A stretch of 64,000 nt of DNA from Nitrospirota bacterium (GCA_963790205.1 CAWBNQ010000003.1:160001-224000); one strand, 5' to 3'; counted from the stretch's first letter, positions 41,663-53,006 are shown. Translations and numbers: made by a program. The notes: generated by a model not told the origin, from the sequence alone.

Positions 41663-42829
41663 TCAGGGGCCGGAAGATCCGGCTTGAACATGTTTTTTCA
41701 AATCATCATCCAGCGTAGCCCAGGTGATGTGAGCGGCAACCGCCCTGAAGATCCGGTGCAGGACCGGGTTGGTATGCAGGCAATAATTGTTGAGCGGAAC
41801 GAGTGAGTGTCCGATTTCCAGCTTGGGCCCGTACCCTGTCTGTCCGCTCTGGAGTTCTTCAGCGCCGATTCGAGCGGCCCACGATACGGCCTCTTCCCAG
41901 AGCCGGAAATACAGGAACCAATCGCCCCGGTAGGCGTAATCCAGCCCGATAAATTTATTGATCACTCTTTTCCCGATGCGAAAACAGAGCATGAACGCCA
42001 CGTACTTCCCCGTGCCGGGATCCCGGAGGAGGATGAAATAGGAATCGGGCTCGGCGGCGATAAGCGAAAAGAACTTCGGGGTGAGTCGTTCAAACTTGGC
42101 CCTGCCGCGCTGATAGGTCTGCCAGAACAGTTCGAATAGTGCGGAGAGCAGCCCTTCATCGGGGGACTGCACGACCGCAACTTCAAGGGCCCCCATTTTC
42201 CGGCTGAGAGCCAGCTTCTTCTTGAGCTTGTAGCGTTTGTTCGAGCGAAGCGATGACAGATAGCTCTCGAAGCTCCCGCCGCTCAGGGGCAGGCGAGCGC
42301 CCGGATAGCTGGTCAATCGGAAAAGCCCGTGAGTCCGGGACAACAGGTCCAGAGCAGGTGACGCATCATCAGGGAAATCCTTCCAAACGATCATGGACGC
42401 TTTGACTTCCCGGGCCCTCAGCGCCGCAGCATCCTGAATGAACGGTGCAACATCGGACAGACCTACCCCGGAGACGAGACCGACGGTGCCTTCGTCAGCG
42501 CAGGGCGAGCCCACGAACACTGTCCGCTGATAGCGCAACCGCGGCATGACGGCTCCTGCGCGAACGAGCGCTTTGGCCACCAGGGGCGGCGCCACAAGGT
42601 CGATGGGAACATTCATGACGAACGTGGGGGCAATGCCGATTGGACTACCTGCCTGTTCCAGAATGGCATAGGCGAAGGTAAATTGGTCTTCCAGTCCGGA
42701 CCGGTCGAGCGCCCGGTACCACCAGCGCCCTTCCAGCGGAGGCGGGAAGCAGCGCTCCCAGAGAGATTGGGGAATAGCATCGGCAGAAGAAAACCATCGG
42801 ATTGCGAGCTTGTCCATTCCAGCCGTCAT
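41663..42829 (-). CDS. GNAT/FemAB-like (amino)acyltransferase
   Basis: SFESYLSSL....R..LKK, FERLTP.FF, FIGLDY, LYFRL, GQTGY..K..IG. Confidence 0.8.
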   Translation of the reverse strand: MTAGMDKLAIRWFSSADAIPQSLWERCFPPPLEGRWWYRALDRSGLEDQFTFAYAILEQAGSPIGIAPTFVMNVPIDLVAPPLVAKALVRAGAVMPRLRYQRTVFVGSPCADEGTVGLVSGVGLSDVAPFIQDAAALRAREVKASMIVWKDFPDDASPALDLLSRTHGLFRLTSYPGARLPLSGGSFESYLSSLRSNKRYKLKKKLALSRKMGALEVAVVQSPDEGLLSALFELFWQTYQRGRAKFERLTPKFFSLIAAEPDSYFILLRDPGTGKYVAFMLCFRIGKRVINKFIGLDYAYRGDWFLYFRLWEEAVSWAARIGAEELQSGQTGYGPKLEIGHSLVPLNNYCLHTNPVLHRIFRAVAAHITWATLDDDLKKHVQAGSSGP

Positions 42830-42840
42830 GAGGCCTCCGG

Positions 42841-43203
42841 TCAGCTTGTGCCGACGATTATGCTTCCCGAAAGGATACAAACAATGCCGATCCACCGATA
42901 GCGGTCCATCTGCTCGGACAGCCAGACGCTGGACAGCAACGCAACCCCGACGTAGGAAAGACAGCCCAGCTGGTATGCAAGGCCCACGTCCAGCCGCTGC
43001 AGGGCGAGCGTCCAGGTGCAGAATTCAAGGAGGAAGCACGCGATGCCGACGACCAGGAATTTGTCGTGAAGGGTAACCAGTTTCCTGATAACGCTTACCC
43101 CCCCCGGATTGCTGTTCGCTGAATGTTTTAACGTAACCTGACCGATGGATTCCAGAACAACGGACGCCAGAACATACGACAAGCCCAGGAGCCTATCATT
43201 CAT
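42841..43203 (-). CDS. Small DMT/EamA (ArnE/F-like) membrane protein
   Basis: Four TMs, GQ..LK, L.RLDVG.AY, L.E.....RWIG. Confidence 0.8.
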   Translation of the reverse strand: MNDRLLGLSYVLASVVLESIGQVTLKHSANSNPGGVSVIRKLVTLHDKFLVVGIACFLLEFCTWTLALQRLDVGLAYQLGCLSYVGVALLSSVWLSEQMDRYRWIGIVCILSGSIIVGTS

Positions 43204-43645
43204 CGCCAACCTCCTGCCCGGGATCACGGAGTTGACCGCCGGACGCGCCCCGGGGGGTATGGTGACTGGTCATACTGATAAACCATACGCCGGCCAGGAT
43301 CAATCCCATCCCCGCGATACGTTGCAGGGAAACCCGTTCATGGAAAAGATAGAATGACATTGCTGTCACCGATATCAGACTGAGTGAGGTGATCGGCTGC
43401 GCATAACTGAGGTCGGTCCTCCGCAACACCGCCATCCAGTTCAGGAACTGGGTCAGGACCAAGATCACGACAACGAGGCTCAGCGGCTGACGCAGGACCA
43501 GATTTATAGTGCCAACGGCGCCTGCAAAGGAAGGCACGCCTGCTACCGCGGCCTTCCAACAGATTTGGACCGCCGTATCGAGACTAACAGCTGCTGTAAG
43601 GCCTGCCCAGACGGCCAGCAGTCTTTTGCGATGATCCTGTGTCAT
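43196..43645 (-). CDS. Small DMT/EamA (ArnE/F-like) membrane protein
   Basis: W..VL...DLSYA.P..SLS, FHE.VS..RIAG..LI..GV. Confidence 0.82.
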   Translation of the reverse strand: MTQDHRKRLLAVWAGLTAAVSLDTAVQICWKAAVAGVPSFAGAVGTINLVLRQPLSLVVVILVLTQFLNWMAVLRRTDLSYAQPITSLSLISVTAMSFYLFHERVSLQRIAGMGLILAGVWFISMTSHHTPRGASGGQLRDPGQEVGDE

Positions 43646-43778
43646 GACGATGAGAGAACTCCTTTCGCCGCCGATCTCCTTCCGGCGTTGTGCGCGCAGC
43701 CGGTCCTTACACGTATTTCCCACGGGCGGGACGACGCTCCTGCCGGTACTGGCCGCTCGCCTCATGCATACACCCCGG

Positions 43779-44039
43779 TCATACCGCTTTCACATGCTGC
43801 TCGGCGGCCAATCGATCGATGACATCGATCATGTCTTGAATGGAATTGAGCGTTACTTCGCGGTCGGGGATTTTGATGTCGAACTCCTTTTCGAGGGCGA
43901 ACATGAACTCGATCTTATCGAGCGAGTCGAGGCCGAGGCTTTCGATGGTCGCCGCCGGCTGCAGCCGTTCCTCCTCAAAATCAAAATTTTCGAGGAACAG
44001 TTTTTTAATGCGTTCATAGGTGCTCACGGTGTGTTTCAT
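43779..44039 (-). CDS. Acyl carrier protein
   Basis: LGLDSLD phosphopantetheine site, LEKEFDIKIPD, acidic. Confidence 0.92.
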   Translation of the reverse strand: MKHTVSTYERIKKLFLENFDFEEERLQPAATIESLGLDSLDKIEFMFALEKEFDIKIPDREVTLNSIQDMIDVIDRLAAEQHVKAV

Positions 44040-44295
44040 TCTCCTTTTCGTCTGGTTTGTCGGGAAGCCGGTCGTCCCGTCTCCCCGCCGCAATTCCCCC
44101 GTGCGAAAGATAAATTTCTCAAATTTTTCTTCTCGCAACATTTCCCAAGTGCGGCAAAAGTATAGGAGCCCTGGTGTGAAAAATCAACAAAAATATTTTT
44201 TTGAGCGGCGGCGTTGATGCGGCATGACGCCCTTGACAACACACAGCGCGGCGCATACACTTTAAGCAGAGAACACGTTGTTCAAGGAGGCTCTT

Positions 44296-46743
44296 GTGGA
44301 CAGCAAAGAACGAGAAGTCCCGATTTCCGAACTCCGCCACGCGAGCGACCCCGCGGAATTCCCTTTCCAGACCACGGCCGAGCTTGCGCTGATGGAAGAG
44401 GTCATCGGCCAGGCGCGGGCGGTGAAGTCGATCGAGTTCGGGCTTTCCATAAAGAACCACGGCTATAATATCTTCGTGTCCGGCGTTCCGGGCACGGGCA
44501 GGAGCACCATCGTCAAGTCCATCGTAAAGCGCATCTCCGCGGACCGTCCGGTCCCGGACGACTGGTGCTATCTCAACAATTTCAAAGATCCCGACCGTCC
44601 CCGTGCCCTCAAGTTTGCGCCGGGCAAAGGGCGCGAGTTCCGGCGCGACGTGGAGAAGTTCATCGAGTTCATGCAGAGCGAGATCCCCAAGGCCTTCGAG
44701 TCCAAAGAGTATGAAGAACAGAAGGCCCGCATCGTGGAAGCCGCCGAAAAGGCGAAAGAGGTCCTCTTCGGCGAGGCCGACCGGCGCGCCCTGGAACTGG
44801 GGTTCCAGCTCACGATCACCCGAACAGGCATCGTCAAGGTGCCGCTCATGAAGGGCAAGCCGCTCCAGCAGCAGGAGCTCGATAACCTCGCGCCCGAGCA
44901 GCGGCATGAGCTCGAGGAGCGCGAAAAGAAGGTCGATGCCGAGATCCGCGATTTCCTGGCCAAGGCGCGCCAGCTCGACAAGGAAGCGCACGAGAAGGTC
45001 CATGAACTGAACCGCCGCGTGGCGCACTTCTCCATGGGGCACCAGCTCGAAGACCTGAGGGAGAAGTACCGCGATAATCCGCGCATCCCGGAATATCTCG
45101 CGGAGGTGGAGGAAGACATTTTGAGCAACCTCCGGGAATTCCTGGGCCAGACGCAGGAGATGCCTTTTCAGATCGAAGGCATGGATAAGACGAGCTTCCT
45201 CGAGCGGTACAAGGTGAACGTGATCGTGGACAACGCCGAGACCCGGGGCGGGCCGGTAGTGGAGGAAGCAAACCCGACGTACATCAATATCGTGGGCCGC
45301 ATCGAGCGCAAGGCGCGCTTCGGCGCGTTCTACACCAACTTCATGATGATCAGGTCCGGGTCCGTGCTCCAGGCCAACGGCGGCTACCTCGTACTGAACG
45401 CCCTCGACGTGCTCCGGAGCCCTTTTACGTGGGACGCGCTCAAGCGGATCATCAAGAAGAATGAAGTGAAGATCGAGGACGCGGCCGAGCTTTACGGCTT
45501 TACGACCGGCGGCATCAAACCCGAACCCATCCCCGTTTCGCTCAAGATCATCATGCTCGGAAGCCCCTGGCTCTATTACCTCCTCTATTATTACGACGAG
45601 GACTTCCGGGAGATCTTCAAGGTCAAGTCGGATTTCGACACCCAGACGCAAAGCTCACGCGACGAAAAAATGCGCTATGCCAATTTCATCGGGAACATGG
45701 TGAAGAACGACGGGCTGCTCCCCTTCGACCGGGGCGCGGTCGCCGGCATCGTGGACCATGCCGTGCGCCTTGCGGAGAAAAAGGAAAAACTCTCGCTCAG
45801 GTTCAGCGACCTCACGGATCTGGTGCGCGAGGCGTCGTACTGGGCCGCAAAAGCCGGGGGCATGACGGTGACCGCCGAGCACGTGGACAAGGCGCTCGAC
45901 GAGAAAGTATACCGCGCGAACCTGGTCGACGAGCGCATCCAGGAGCTTTATGCGGACGGCACCATCATGGTCGACACCACGGGCGCGGTCCCGGCACAGG
46001 TGAACGGCCTTTCGGTCTATGACATCGGAGACTTCGCGTTCGGCAAGCCGTCGAAGATCACGGCGCGCGTGTACCTCGGCAAAGGGGGCGTCATCGACAT
46101 CGAACGCGAGGCCAAACTCTCCGGCCGCATTTACAACAAAGGCGTGCTTATTCTCTCCGGATACCTCGGCGGCGCCTACGCGCAGGACAAACCGCTCTCG
46201 CTCTCGGCGAGCCTGGCCTTCGAACAGAGCTACGGCGACATCGAGGGCGACAGCGCTTCGGCCGCGGAGCTTATAGCCCTCATTTCCGGGATCGCCGAAG
46301 TGCCCGTGAAGCAGAGCATCGCCGTCACGGGCTCGATCAACCAGAAAGGGGAGATCCAGCCCATCGGCGGGGTGAATGAAAAGATCGAGGGCTTTTTCGC
46401 CGTGTGCAAGAACCGGGGTCTCACCGGCGACCAGGGTGTGATCATCCCGCAGAGCAACGTAAAGAACCTCATGCTCAAGAAGGAGATCGTCGGCGCGGTC
46501 AAGGAAGGGAAGTTCCGGGTATACGCCGTCAAGACCGTGCATGAAGCGATCGAGATATTGACCGGCATTCCTGCCGGCGAGCGCCGGACTGACTGGACCT
46601 GGCCGGAGGGTACCGTCAACTTCCTCGTGGACAAGCGCCTCAAGGAGATGGCGAAAAAGCTGAAGGCCGAGGACAAGTCGGAGGGAGAAAAGAAGAAAGA
46701 GGAGAATAACGAAACCGCGCCGAAAAGCAAACAGCCGCGATGA
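44296..46743 (+). CDS. Lon-like protease (LonC type)
   Basis: IGQARA, GVPGTGRS, ANGGYLV, QVNGL, EGDSAS and GGVNEKIEGFF Ser-Lys dyad; AGGAGG RBS before GTG. Confidence 0.92.
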   Translation: MDSKEREVPISELRHASDPAEFPFQTTAELALMEEVIGQARAVKSIEFGLSIKNHGYNIFVSGVPGTGRSTIVKSIVKRISADRPVPDDWCYLNNFKDPDRPRALKFAPGKGREFRRDVEKFIEFMQSEIPKAFESKEYEEQKARIVEAAEKAKEVLFGEADRRALELGFQLTITRTGIVKVPLMKGKPLQQQELDNLAPEQRHELEEREKKVDAEIRDFLAKARQLDKEAHEKVHELNRRVAHFSMGHQLEDLREKYRDNPRIPEYLAEVEEDILSNLREFLGQTQEMPFQIEGMDKTSFLERYKVNVIVDNAETRGGPVVEEANPTYINIVGRIERKARFGAFYTNFMMIRSGSVLQANGGYLVLNALDVLRSPFTWDALKRIIKKNEVKIEDAAELYGFTTGGIKPEPIPVSLKIIMLGSPWLYYLLYYYDEDFREIFKVKSDFDTQTQSSRDEKMRYANFIGNMVKNDGLLPFDRGAVAGIVDHAVRLAEKKEKLSLRFSDLTDLVREASYWAAKAGGMTVTAEHVDKALDEKVYRANLVDERIQELYADGTIMVDTTGAVPAQVNGLSVYDIGDFAFGKPSKITARVYLGKGGVIDIEREAKLSGRIYNKGVLILSGYLGGAYAQDKPLSLSASLAFEQSYGDIEGDSASAAELIALISGIAEVPVKQSIAVTGSINQKGEIQPIGGVNEKIEGFFAVCKNRGLTGDQGVIIPQSNVKNLMLKKEIVGAVKEGKFRVYAVKTVHEAIEILTGIPAGERRTDWTWPEGTVNFLVDKRLKEMAKKLKAEDKSEGEKKKEENNETAPKSKQPR

Positions 46744-47010
46744 TCAATCCCGCCGTTGTTATCTGAGTCTGCCGCAGTGAGGACGGCATTTCAATGAACC
46801 CGCCATGCCCCGTCACGGGCCGTGTAAATCGACCTGCCTCCTCATGCCTCGTCTATAAAGTCTTCCAACGCAGAAAATCCATCGTTCATCCCAATAAAAA
46901 TGATTTGCCGAACGAGTCAAATAAACTTTTCGTTTGATTTTATCCCTGTGTGATGTTATTATTTTCGATGCTGCCCGAAAAGAACGCAATATATTGAGGT
47001 TACGGTAATC

Positions 47011-49473
47011 ATGCTTAAAAAATGGTTTGAGAAAATGAAGGAACTTTCCCGGTCGGCCTGGGAGAAGTTCAAGGTCTTCTGGTTCACCCGTGCCGTGCCG
47101 TGGCTCAAGGCGCTCACGCCGATGAAGGCGCTGAAGCTCCTCGCTGTCGCTTTTGTTGCCGGGGTTCTTTTCGTCGCATTCCTGTTTTTCATTCTCTCCT
47201 TCGGCCTGCCTACGGTCGAGTCGCTCAAGGACTACAAGCCGAGCCCGGGAACGCTCATCCTCGCCGAGGACGGCAGGGTGCTGGGCCAGGTGAAGATCGA
47301 GAAGGGCATCTATGTACCGCTCAAGCGGATCCCCAAGTATATGAAGGACGCCGTTCTGGCCACCGAGGACCCGCGCTTCTATCAGCACGGCGGCATCGAT
47401 TACCGCGGGATCCTGCGTGCGGCGCTCAAGGACATCATGTCGGTCCGTCTGAAGCAGGGCGGCAGCACCATCACGCAGCAGCTCACGAAGGTCGTCTTCC
47501 TCTCGCCGGAACGGAAGTTCACGCGCAAGATCAAGGAGATCATCCTTGCGCGCAGGCTCGAGAAGGAGCTCACCAAGGATGAGATCCTGGAACTCTACTT
47601 GAACAAAGTGTACTTCGGCCACGGCGCCTACGGCGTGCAGATGGCGTCGCAGACTTATTTCGGCAAGAACATCTGGCAGATCAACCAGGCCGAGGCCGCG
47701 CTCCTGGCCGGTCTTCCCAAATCGCCGATGGTCTACTCGCCCTACAGCGACGTGGACCTGACCAAGCTTCGCCAGAGGCAGGTCCTGACGCGCATGGTGG
47801 AGGAGGGGTATCTCACCGAGGAGCAGAGCCAGAGGATCTACGATCAGCCGCTTAATCTCGAGAACATAAGGTCGCAGGAGGACCCGGCCCCCCACCTCGT
47901 GGACTATATCCGCAAATACATCGAGAGGAAGTACGGCACTGAAAAGCTCTACCAGGGAGGGCTCAAGGTTTATACGTCGATCGACTATGACCTGCAGCGC
48001 CAGGCGGTCGCGGCGCTCAGGGACGGCCTCCGCGCTCTTGACAAGCGGCAGGGTTTCCGCGGCAAAGTCGGCTTTAAAAAGCTCAAGGCGACGCCGATCC
48101 AGTGGGGTTCGCTCCACGTGACGGTGAAACCCGGCGAGGGATTCAATGCGCACGTGCTCGCGGTGGGCGACTACTACATCACGGTGAGGGGCCGCGGCCT
48201 GGTGGGCTACATCATGCCGGACGACATGGCCTGGGCGCTCCTTAAGCCGAAGAAGAATAAGAACGATCCCGACGTATTCAGGAAGCCCCAGGAGATCGTC
48301 CAGCCCGGCGATATCATCAAGGTCCGTCTGAAAGACTACGACAAAAAGAAGCAGGTCGCCTCGTTCATCCTCGACCAGGTGCCGCTCGTGGAGGGCGCCG
48401 TGGTGTCGATCGAGCCCTATACCGGGTATGTGCGGGCCATGGTCGGAGGCTACGACTTTGTCGAAGGCGGGTTCAACCACGCCACCGAGGCCATGCGCCA
48501 GCCCGGATCGGCGTTCAAGCCGTTCATCTACGGCGCGGCGCTCGAGAACGGCTTTACCCCGGCTTCTATCCTGATGGACCTGCCGGTGATCCACGAGAAG
48601 AGCGAGTTCGAGAAAAAGGAGTGGAAACCGACGAATTACGACGACCGGTTCCTCGGTCCCATGCGTTTGAGGACTGCGCTCGCGCTCTCGCGGAACGCAT
48701 GCACCGTCGGGCTGCTGGAGAAAATGGGGCTGGACAAGGCCATCGCCTTTGCGCGCAAGGCGGGCATCACGAGCCCGATCAGCTACGATTACACCACGGC
48801 CCTCGGCTCGTCCGCTGTCACGCCGCTCGAGTTGACCTCGGCCTACGCGACCTTTGCTTCCCAGGGCATACGCACCGAGCCGATCATTATCAAGAGCATC
48901 ATCGACGGCAACGGCGCGGTGCTCGAAAACTACGAGCCCCAGCCGGTGGAAGCCATCGACCCGACCACGGCCTATCTGGTCACGAGCCTCCTGGAGAGCG
49001 TGGTGAAGGAGGGCACCGGCAAAGGCGCCCTGTCGCTCGGGAAACCGGTGGCCGGCAAGACAGGCACGACGAATAATTATGTCGACGCATGGTTCATGGG
49101 CTACGCGCCCTCCATCGTGACCGGCGTGTGGGTGGGCTACGACAACCCCAAGGCGTCCCTCGGCGACCGGGAGACCGGCGCCCGCGCGGCGCTTCCCATC
49201 TGGATGTCGGTCATGGCCAAGGCGCTGGCCAACAAACCGGTCCAGGACTTCACGCCGACCGAAGACATCGTATCCGTTAAGATCGACCCCGAGACGGGCC
49301 TGCTCGCGCGCGATGGCGCGGCCGATGCGATCACCGATGTGTTCCGCAAAGGGACCGAGCCCACGCAGTACGCGGACAAGAACGGACAGAAGGGACGCTT
49401 CTACGAGGTCGACCAGGGCGTTCCGGAGGATACGACGAAGAAAAAACTGCCCACTGACGAGGCCCCCGACTAG
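47011..49473 (+). CDS. Penicillin-binding protein 1A family
   Basis: EDPRFYQH, QGGSTITQQL, RKIKE, YLN, SAFK, SRN, KTGT. Confidence 0.95.
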   Translation: MLKKWFEKMKELSRSAWEKFKVFWFTRAVPWLKALTPMKALKLLAVAFVAGVLFVAFLFFILSFGLPTVESLKDYKPSPGTLILAEDGRVLGQVKIEKGIYVPLKRIPKYMKDAVLATEDPRFYQHGGIDYRGILRAALKDIMSVRLKQGGSTITQQLTKVVFLSPERKFTRKIKEIILARRLEKELTKDEILELYLNKVYFGHGAYGVQMASQTYFGKNIWQINQAEAALLAGLPKSPMVYSPYSDVDLTKLRQRQVLTRMVEEGYLTEEQSQRIYDQPLNLENIRSQEDPAPHLVDYIRKYIERKYGTEKLYQGGLKVYTSIDYDLQRQAVAALRDGLRALDKRQGFRGKVGFKKLKATPIQWGSLHVTVKPGEGFNAHVLAVGDYYITVRGRGLVGYIMPDDMAWALLKPKKNKNDPDVFRKPQEIVQPGDIIKVRLKDYDKKKQVASFILDQVPLVEGAVVSIEPYTGYVRAMVGGYDFVEGGFNHATEAMRQPGSAFKPFIYGAALENGFTPASILMDLPVIHEKSEFEKKEWKPTNYDDRFLGPMRLRTALALSRNACTVGLLEKMGLDKAIAFARKAGITSPISYDYTTALGSSAVTPLELTSAYATFASQGIRTEPIIIKSIIDGNGAVLENYEPQPVEAIDPTTAYLVTSLLESVVKEGTGKGALSLGKPVAGKTGTTNNYVDAWFMGYAPSIVTGVWVGYDNPKASLGDRETGARAALPIWMSVMAKALANKPVQDFTPTEDIVSVKIDPETGLLARDGAADAITDVFRKGTEPTQYADKNGQKGRFYEVDQGVPEDTTKKKLPTDEAPD

Positions 49474-49526
49474 ACAAACATTGCGGAATGCGGATTGCGG
49501 ATTTAGGTGTGAGAGAGGCTGGCTGA

Positions 49527-52311
49527 ATGGATTACAAGACAACATTGAATTTGCCCAAGACCGATTTCCCGATGAAGGCGAACCTGAAGGACCTCGAACC
49601 GCGCATGATCGGGAAGTGGCAGCAGGAAAAAATATACGAGCTCATCCAGAACCAGGCCTCCGGGCGGAAAAGCTATATCCTGCACGACGGCCCGCCCTAC
49701 GCGAACGGCCATATCCACATCGGCCATGCGCTTAATAAGATCCTCAAAGACATCATCGTGAAGTTCAAGTCCATGGAGGGCTATAAAAGCCCCTACGTGC
49801 CGGGCTGGGACTGCCACGGCCTGCCGATCGAACACCAGGTTTTGAAGACCCTCGGCCCGAAGAAAGAGGGCATGAGCCAGAACGAGGTCCGCAAGCTCTG
49901 CCGCGAATATGCGGAAAAGTTCATCGACATCCAGCGCGAGGAGTTCAAGCGGCTGGGCGTGTTCGGCGACTGGGAGAACCCCTACCTCACCATGAATTTC
50001 AGCTACGAGGCCGCGATCGTGCGCGAGCTGGGGAAGTTCGTTGGAAACGGGGGCCTCTATAAAGGAAAGAAGCCTGTGTACTGGTGCGGGTTCGACGAAA
50101 CAGCCCTTGCCGAGGCCGAGGTGGAGTATGCGGACCATGAATCCCCGTCGGTGTACGTGCGGTTCGACCTGCCCGAGGCAGGAAAGGCGCTCCCGGCCCT
50201 GAGCGGCAAAGAAGTCTCGCTCGTTATTTGGACCACGACCCCCTGGACGCTCGTCGCGAACCTGGCCGTTGCGCTCCATCCCGAGTTCGATTACGTTGCC
50301 GTTGAGGCCCACGGACGCGTGCTCATTCTGGCCGAAGGGCTCTTGAAACAGGCAATGGAGAAGTTCGGCATCAAGCATTACACCGTTATCGAGAAGTTCA
50401 AGGGCAAAAAACTCGAAAGGCTCAAGGCGCACCACCCTTTCATCGAACGGGACTCCCTCGTCATCCTGGGCGATCACGTGACCCTGGAGGCGGGAACCGG
50501 CGTTGTGCACACTGCTCCGGGCCACGGCCAGGAAGACTACGAAGTCGGATTGAAATACGGCCTGGATGTTTATGCGCCTGTCGATCACAAGGGACGGTTC
50601 ACGAAGGAGGCGGGAGAGTTCGCGGGCCAGCACGTGTTCAAGGCGAACAAGGGCATCATCGAGCTGCTCAAAAGCAGGAACGCGCTTTTGGCGGAGGAAA
50701 AATTTTCCCACTCCTATCCCCACTGCTGGCGGTGCAAGACACCCCGTGATCTTCCGGGCCACGGAGCAGTGGTTCATCTCCATGAAGACGAACGACCTGC
50801 TCAAAAAGACCGTCGAGAACATCCACAAGGTCAGCTGGGTGCCTGCTTGGGGCAAGGACCGGATCCTGGGCATGATGGAGGGCCGTCCGGACTGGTGCAT
50901 TTCGCGCCAGCGGGCATGGGGTGTGCCGATCATCGCTTTTACCTGCAAAGCGTGCAACGAGCTTCTCCTCGATCAGAACGTTGTAAACCACGTGGCGGAC
51001 ATCGTGGAAAAAGAGGGCGCCGACGCGTGGTTCGTAAGGACGCCGGCAGAACTGCTCCCGACGGGCGCGAAATGCAAAAAGTGCAACAGCGCGGAGCTCA
51101 CGAAGGAGATGGACATCCTCGATGTCTGGTTCGACTCCGGCGTGAGCCACGCGGCCGTGCTCAAAGCGCGCAAGGACCTTTCCTGGCCTGCCGACATGTA
51201 CCTCGAAGGAAGCGACCAGCACCGGGGATGGTTCCAGTCGTCGCTCCTCACGTCGGTCGCGACCACGGGCCGGGCGCCGTACCGCACCGTGCTGACCCAC
51301 GGTTTTACCGTGGACGGATCGGGCAAGAAGATGAGCAAGTCCTCGGGCAACGTGGTAGCTCCGCAGGAAGTGATCGACAAATACGGGGCCGAGGTTTTGA
51401 GGCTCTGGGTGTCGGCCGCAGACTACCGGGACGACATCAGGATCTCCCAGGAGATCCTTACGCATCTGGCCGAGGCTTATCGCCGCATTCGGAACACGAG
51501 CCGTTACCTCCTCGGGAACCTTTCGGACTTCGATCCCGATGCGGACAGAGTTTCCGACAAGGACCTCCTCGAGATCGACCGCTGGGCGCTGCATCGTTTG
51601 CAGAAGCTCATCCAGCGCGTGGAAAAGGCCTATGACGATTTCGAATTCCACGTGGTGTTCCACTCGCTCCATAATTTCTGCGCCGTGGACATGAGCGCCT
51701 TCTACCTCGACATTCTCAAGGACCGGCTTTATACGGCGAAGGCGAAGTCCCTTGAGCGGCGCTCCGGCCAGACGACGATGCACATGGTCCTTTCGTCGAT
51801 CATACGGCTCATGGCGCCGGTGCTCTCCTTTACCGCCGATGAGGTGTGGAGCTACATGAACGGCCGCTCGCAGGACAAGAGCGTGTTCCTCGCGCCCTTC
51901 CCCAAGGTGGAAGACAAATATATCGATGGCACACTTGAAGCGCGTTGGGACAAGATCCTTGCAATGCGCGGCGAAGCCGCTAAAGTGCTTGAAGCGCTCC
52001 GGCGGGACAAAAAGATCGGCCACTCGCTGGACGCCGGCGTTACCCTTTACGCCGGCCCCGAACTCTACGAGTTCCTGGATGGGTACAAGAAGGACCTGGC
52101 GTTCATCTTCATCGTCTCGTCCGTCGAGATCGCGAAGGAGTCCGATGCTCCGGCAGACGCGTTTACAAGCGAACTTGTCAAGGGACTCAGGATCGCCGCC
52201 GGTCCGGCGAAGGGCACGAAGTGCGGCCGGTGCTGGATGTATCAGGAAAGCGTCGGTACCGTGAAGGAGCACCCCGGGATCTGCGGCAGATGCGCGGGTA
52301 ATTTGGGATAA
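49527..52311 (+). CDS. ileS: Isoleucine--tRNA ligase, with one extra base at 50742-50745
   Basis: DGPPYANG.IHIGH in frame 1; DWCISRQR, EGSDQHRGWF, KMSKS and C-terminal zinc finger in frame 2; deleting one C restores CWRCKTPVIFRATEQW. Confidence 0.95.
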
Positions 52312-52431
52312 GTCGATGAAGATGAGAAGATATGAAGCTGTGAAGTTGAGGAAAGTCCTCTCTTCTTAACTTCCCAATTTCCTAACTTCCTGGAGCGGGT
52401 ATAATCGTCGCGTAATAAGCTGGAGCATAAT

Positions 52432-52920
52432 TTGAAAAATAAATACCCCTGGGTTGGCTCGATCATCGGCGTTGTCCTGGTCCTCGACCAGTTCACGAAA
52501 TACATCGTTGAAAAACGTATCCCTCTGTACGACGTCATCCCGGTCCTCCCGGGATTTTTCAACCTCACCCATGTGCGGAACAAGGGCGCGGCGTTCAGCC
52601 TCTTCTCCACCATGCCCGACGGGTTCCGGAGCGCCTTCTTCATCACGGTCACGCTGGCGGCCGTGGCGGTGCTTGCCGTGCTCATCATCAAGACCCGCGA
52701 ACGTTTGCTGGTGATTGCTTTCTCGCTCATTGCCGGCGGGGCAGTGGGCAACGTGATCGACCGCATACGGTTCGGCGAGGTGGTCGATTTCATCCAGTGG
52801 TACGTGAAATCCTACTACTGGCCGTCGTTCAACGTGGCCGACTCGGCCATTTCGATCGGCGTCGGGCTTCTGGCGATCGACATGCTGTTCAGGAAGCAGG
52901 ACGGCGTAAAGCAGGCGTAG
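52432..52920 (+). CDS. lspA: Lipoprotein signal peptidase II
   Basis: DQFTK, N.GAAFS, GN.IDR, VVDFI, FNVADSAI. Confidence 0.96.
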   Translation: MKNKYPWVGSIIGVVLVLDQFTKYIVEKRIPLYDVIPVLPGFFNLTHVRNKGAAFSLFSTMPDGFRSAFFITVTLAAVAVLAVLIIKTRERLLVIAFSLIAGGAVGNVIDRIRFGEVVDFIQWYVKSYYWPSFNVADSAISIGVGLLAIDMLFRKQDGVKQA

Positions 52921-53006
52921 ATGAATTTAACGAAGGTTAAGGTTGAGGCTGAGAATGCCGGTTCCAACTCAGCCTTAGCCTCAACCTGAATTCCATGAGG
53001 TGAACC

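Noticed and set aside
44296..46743. Non-canonical Walker A (GTGRS) as evidence of a pseudogene
   Set aside because: Typical of the LonC-type subfamily; ORF is intact
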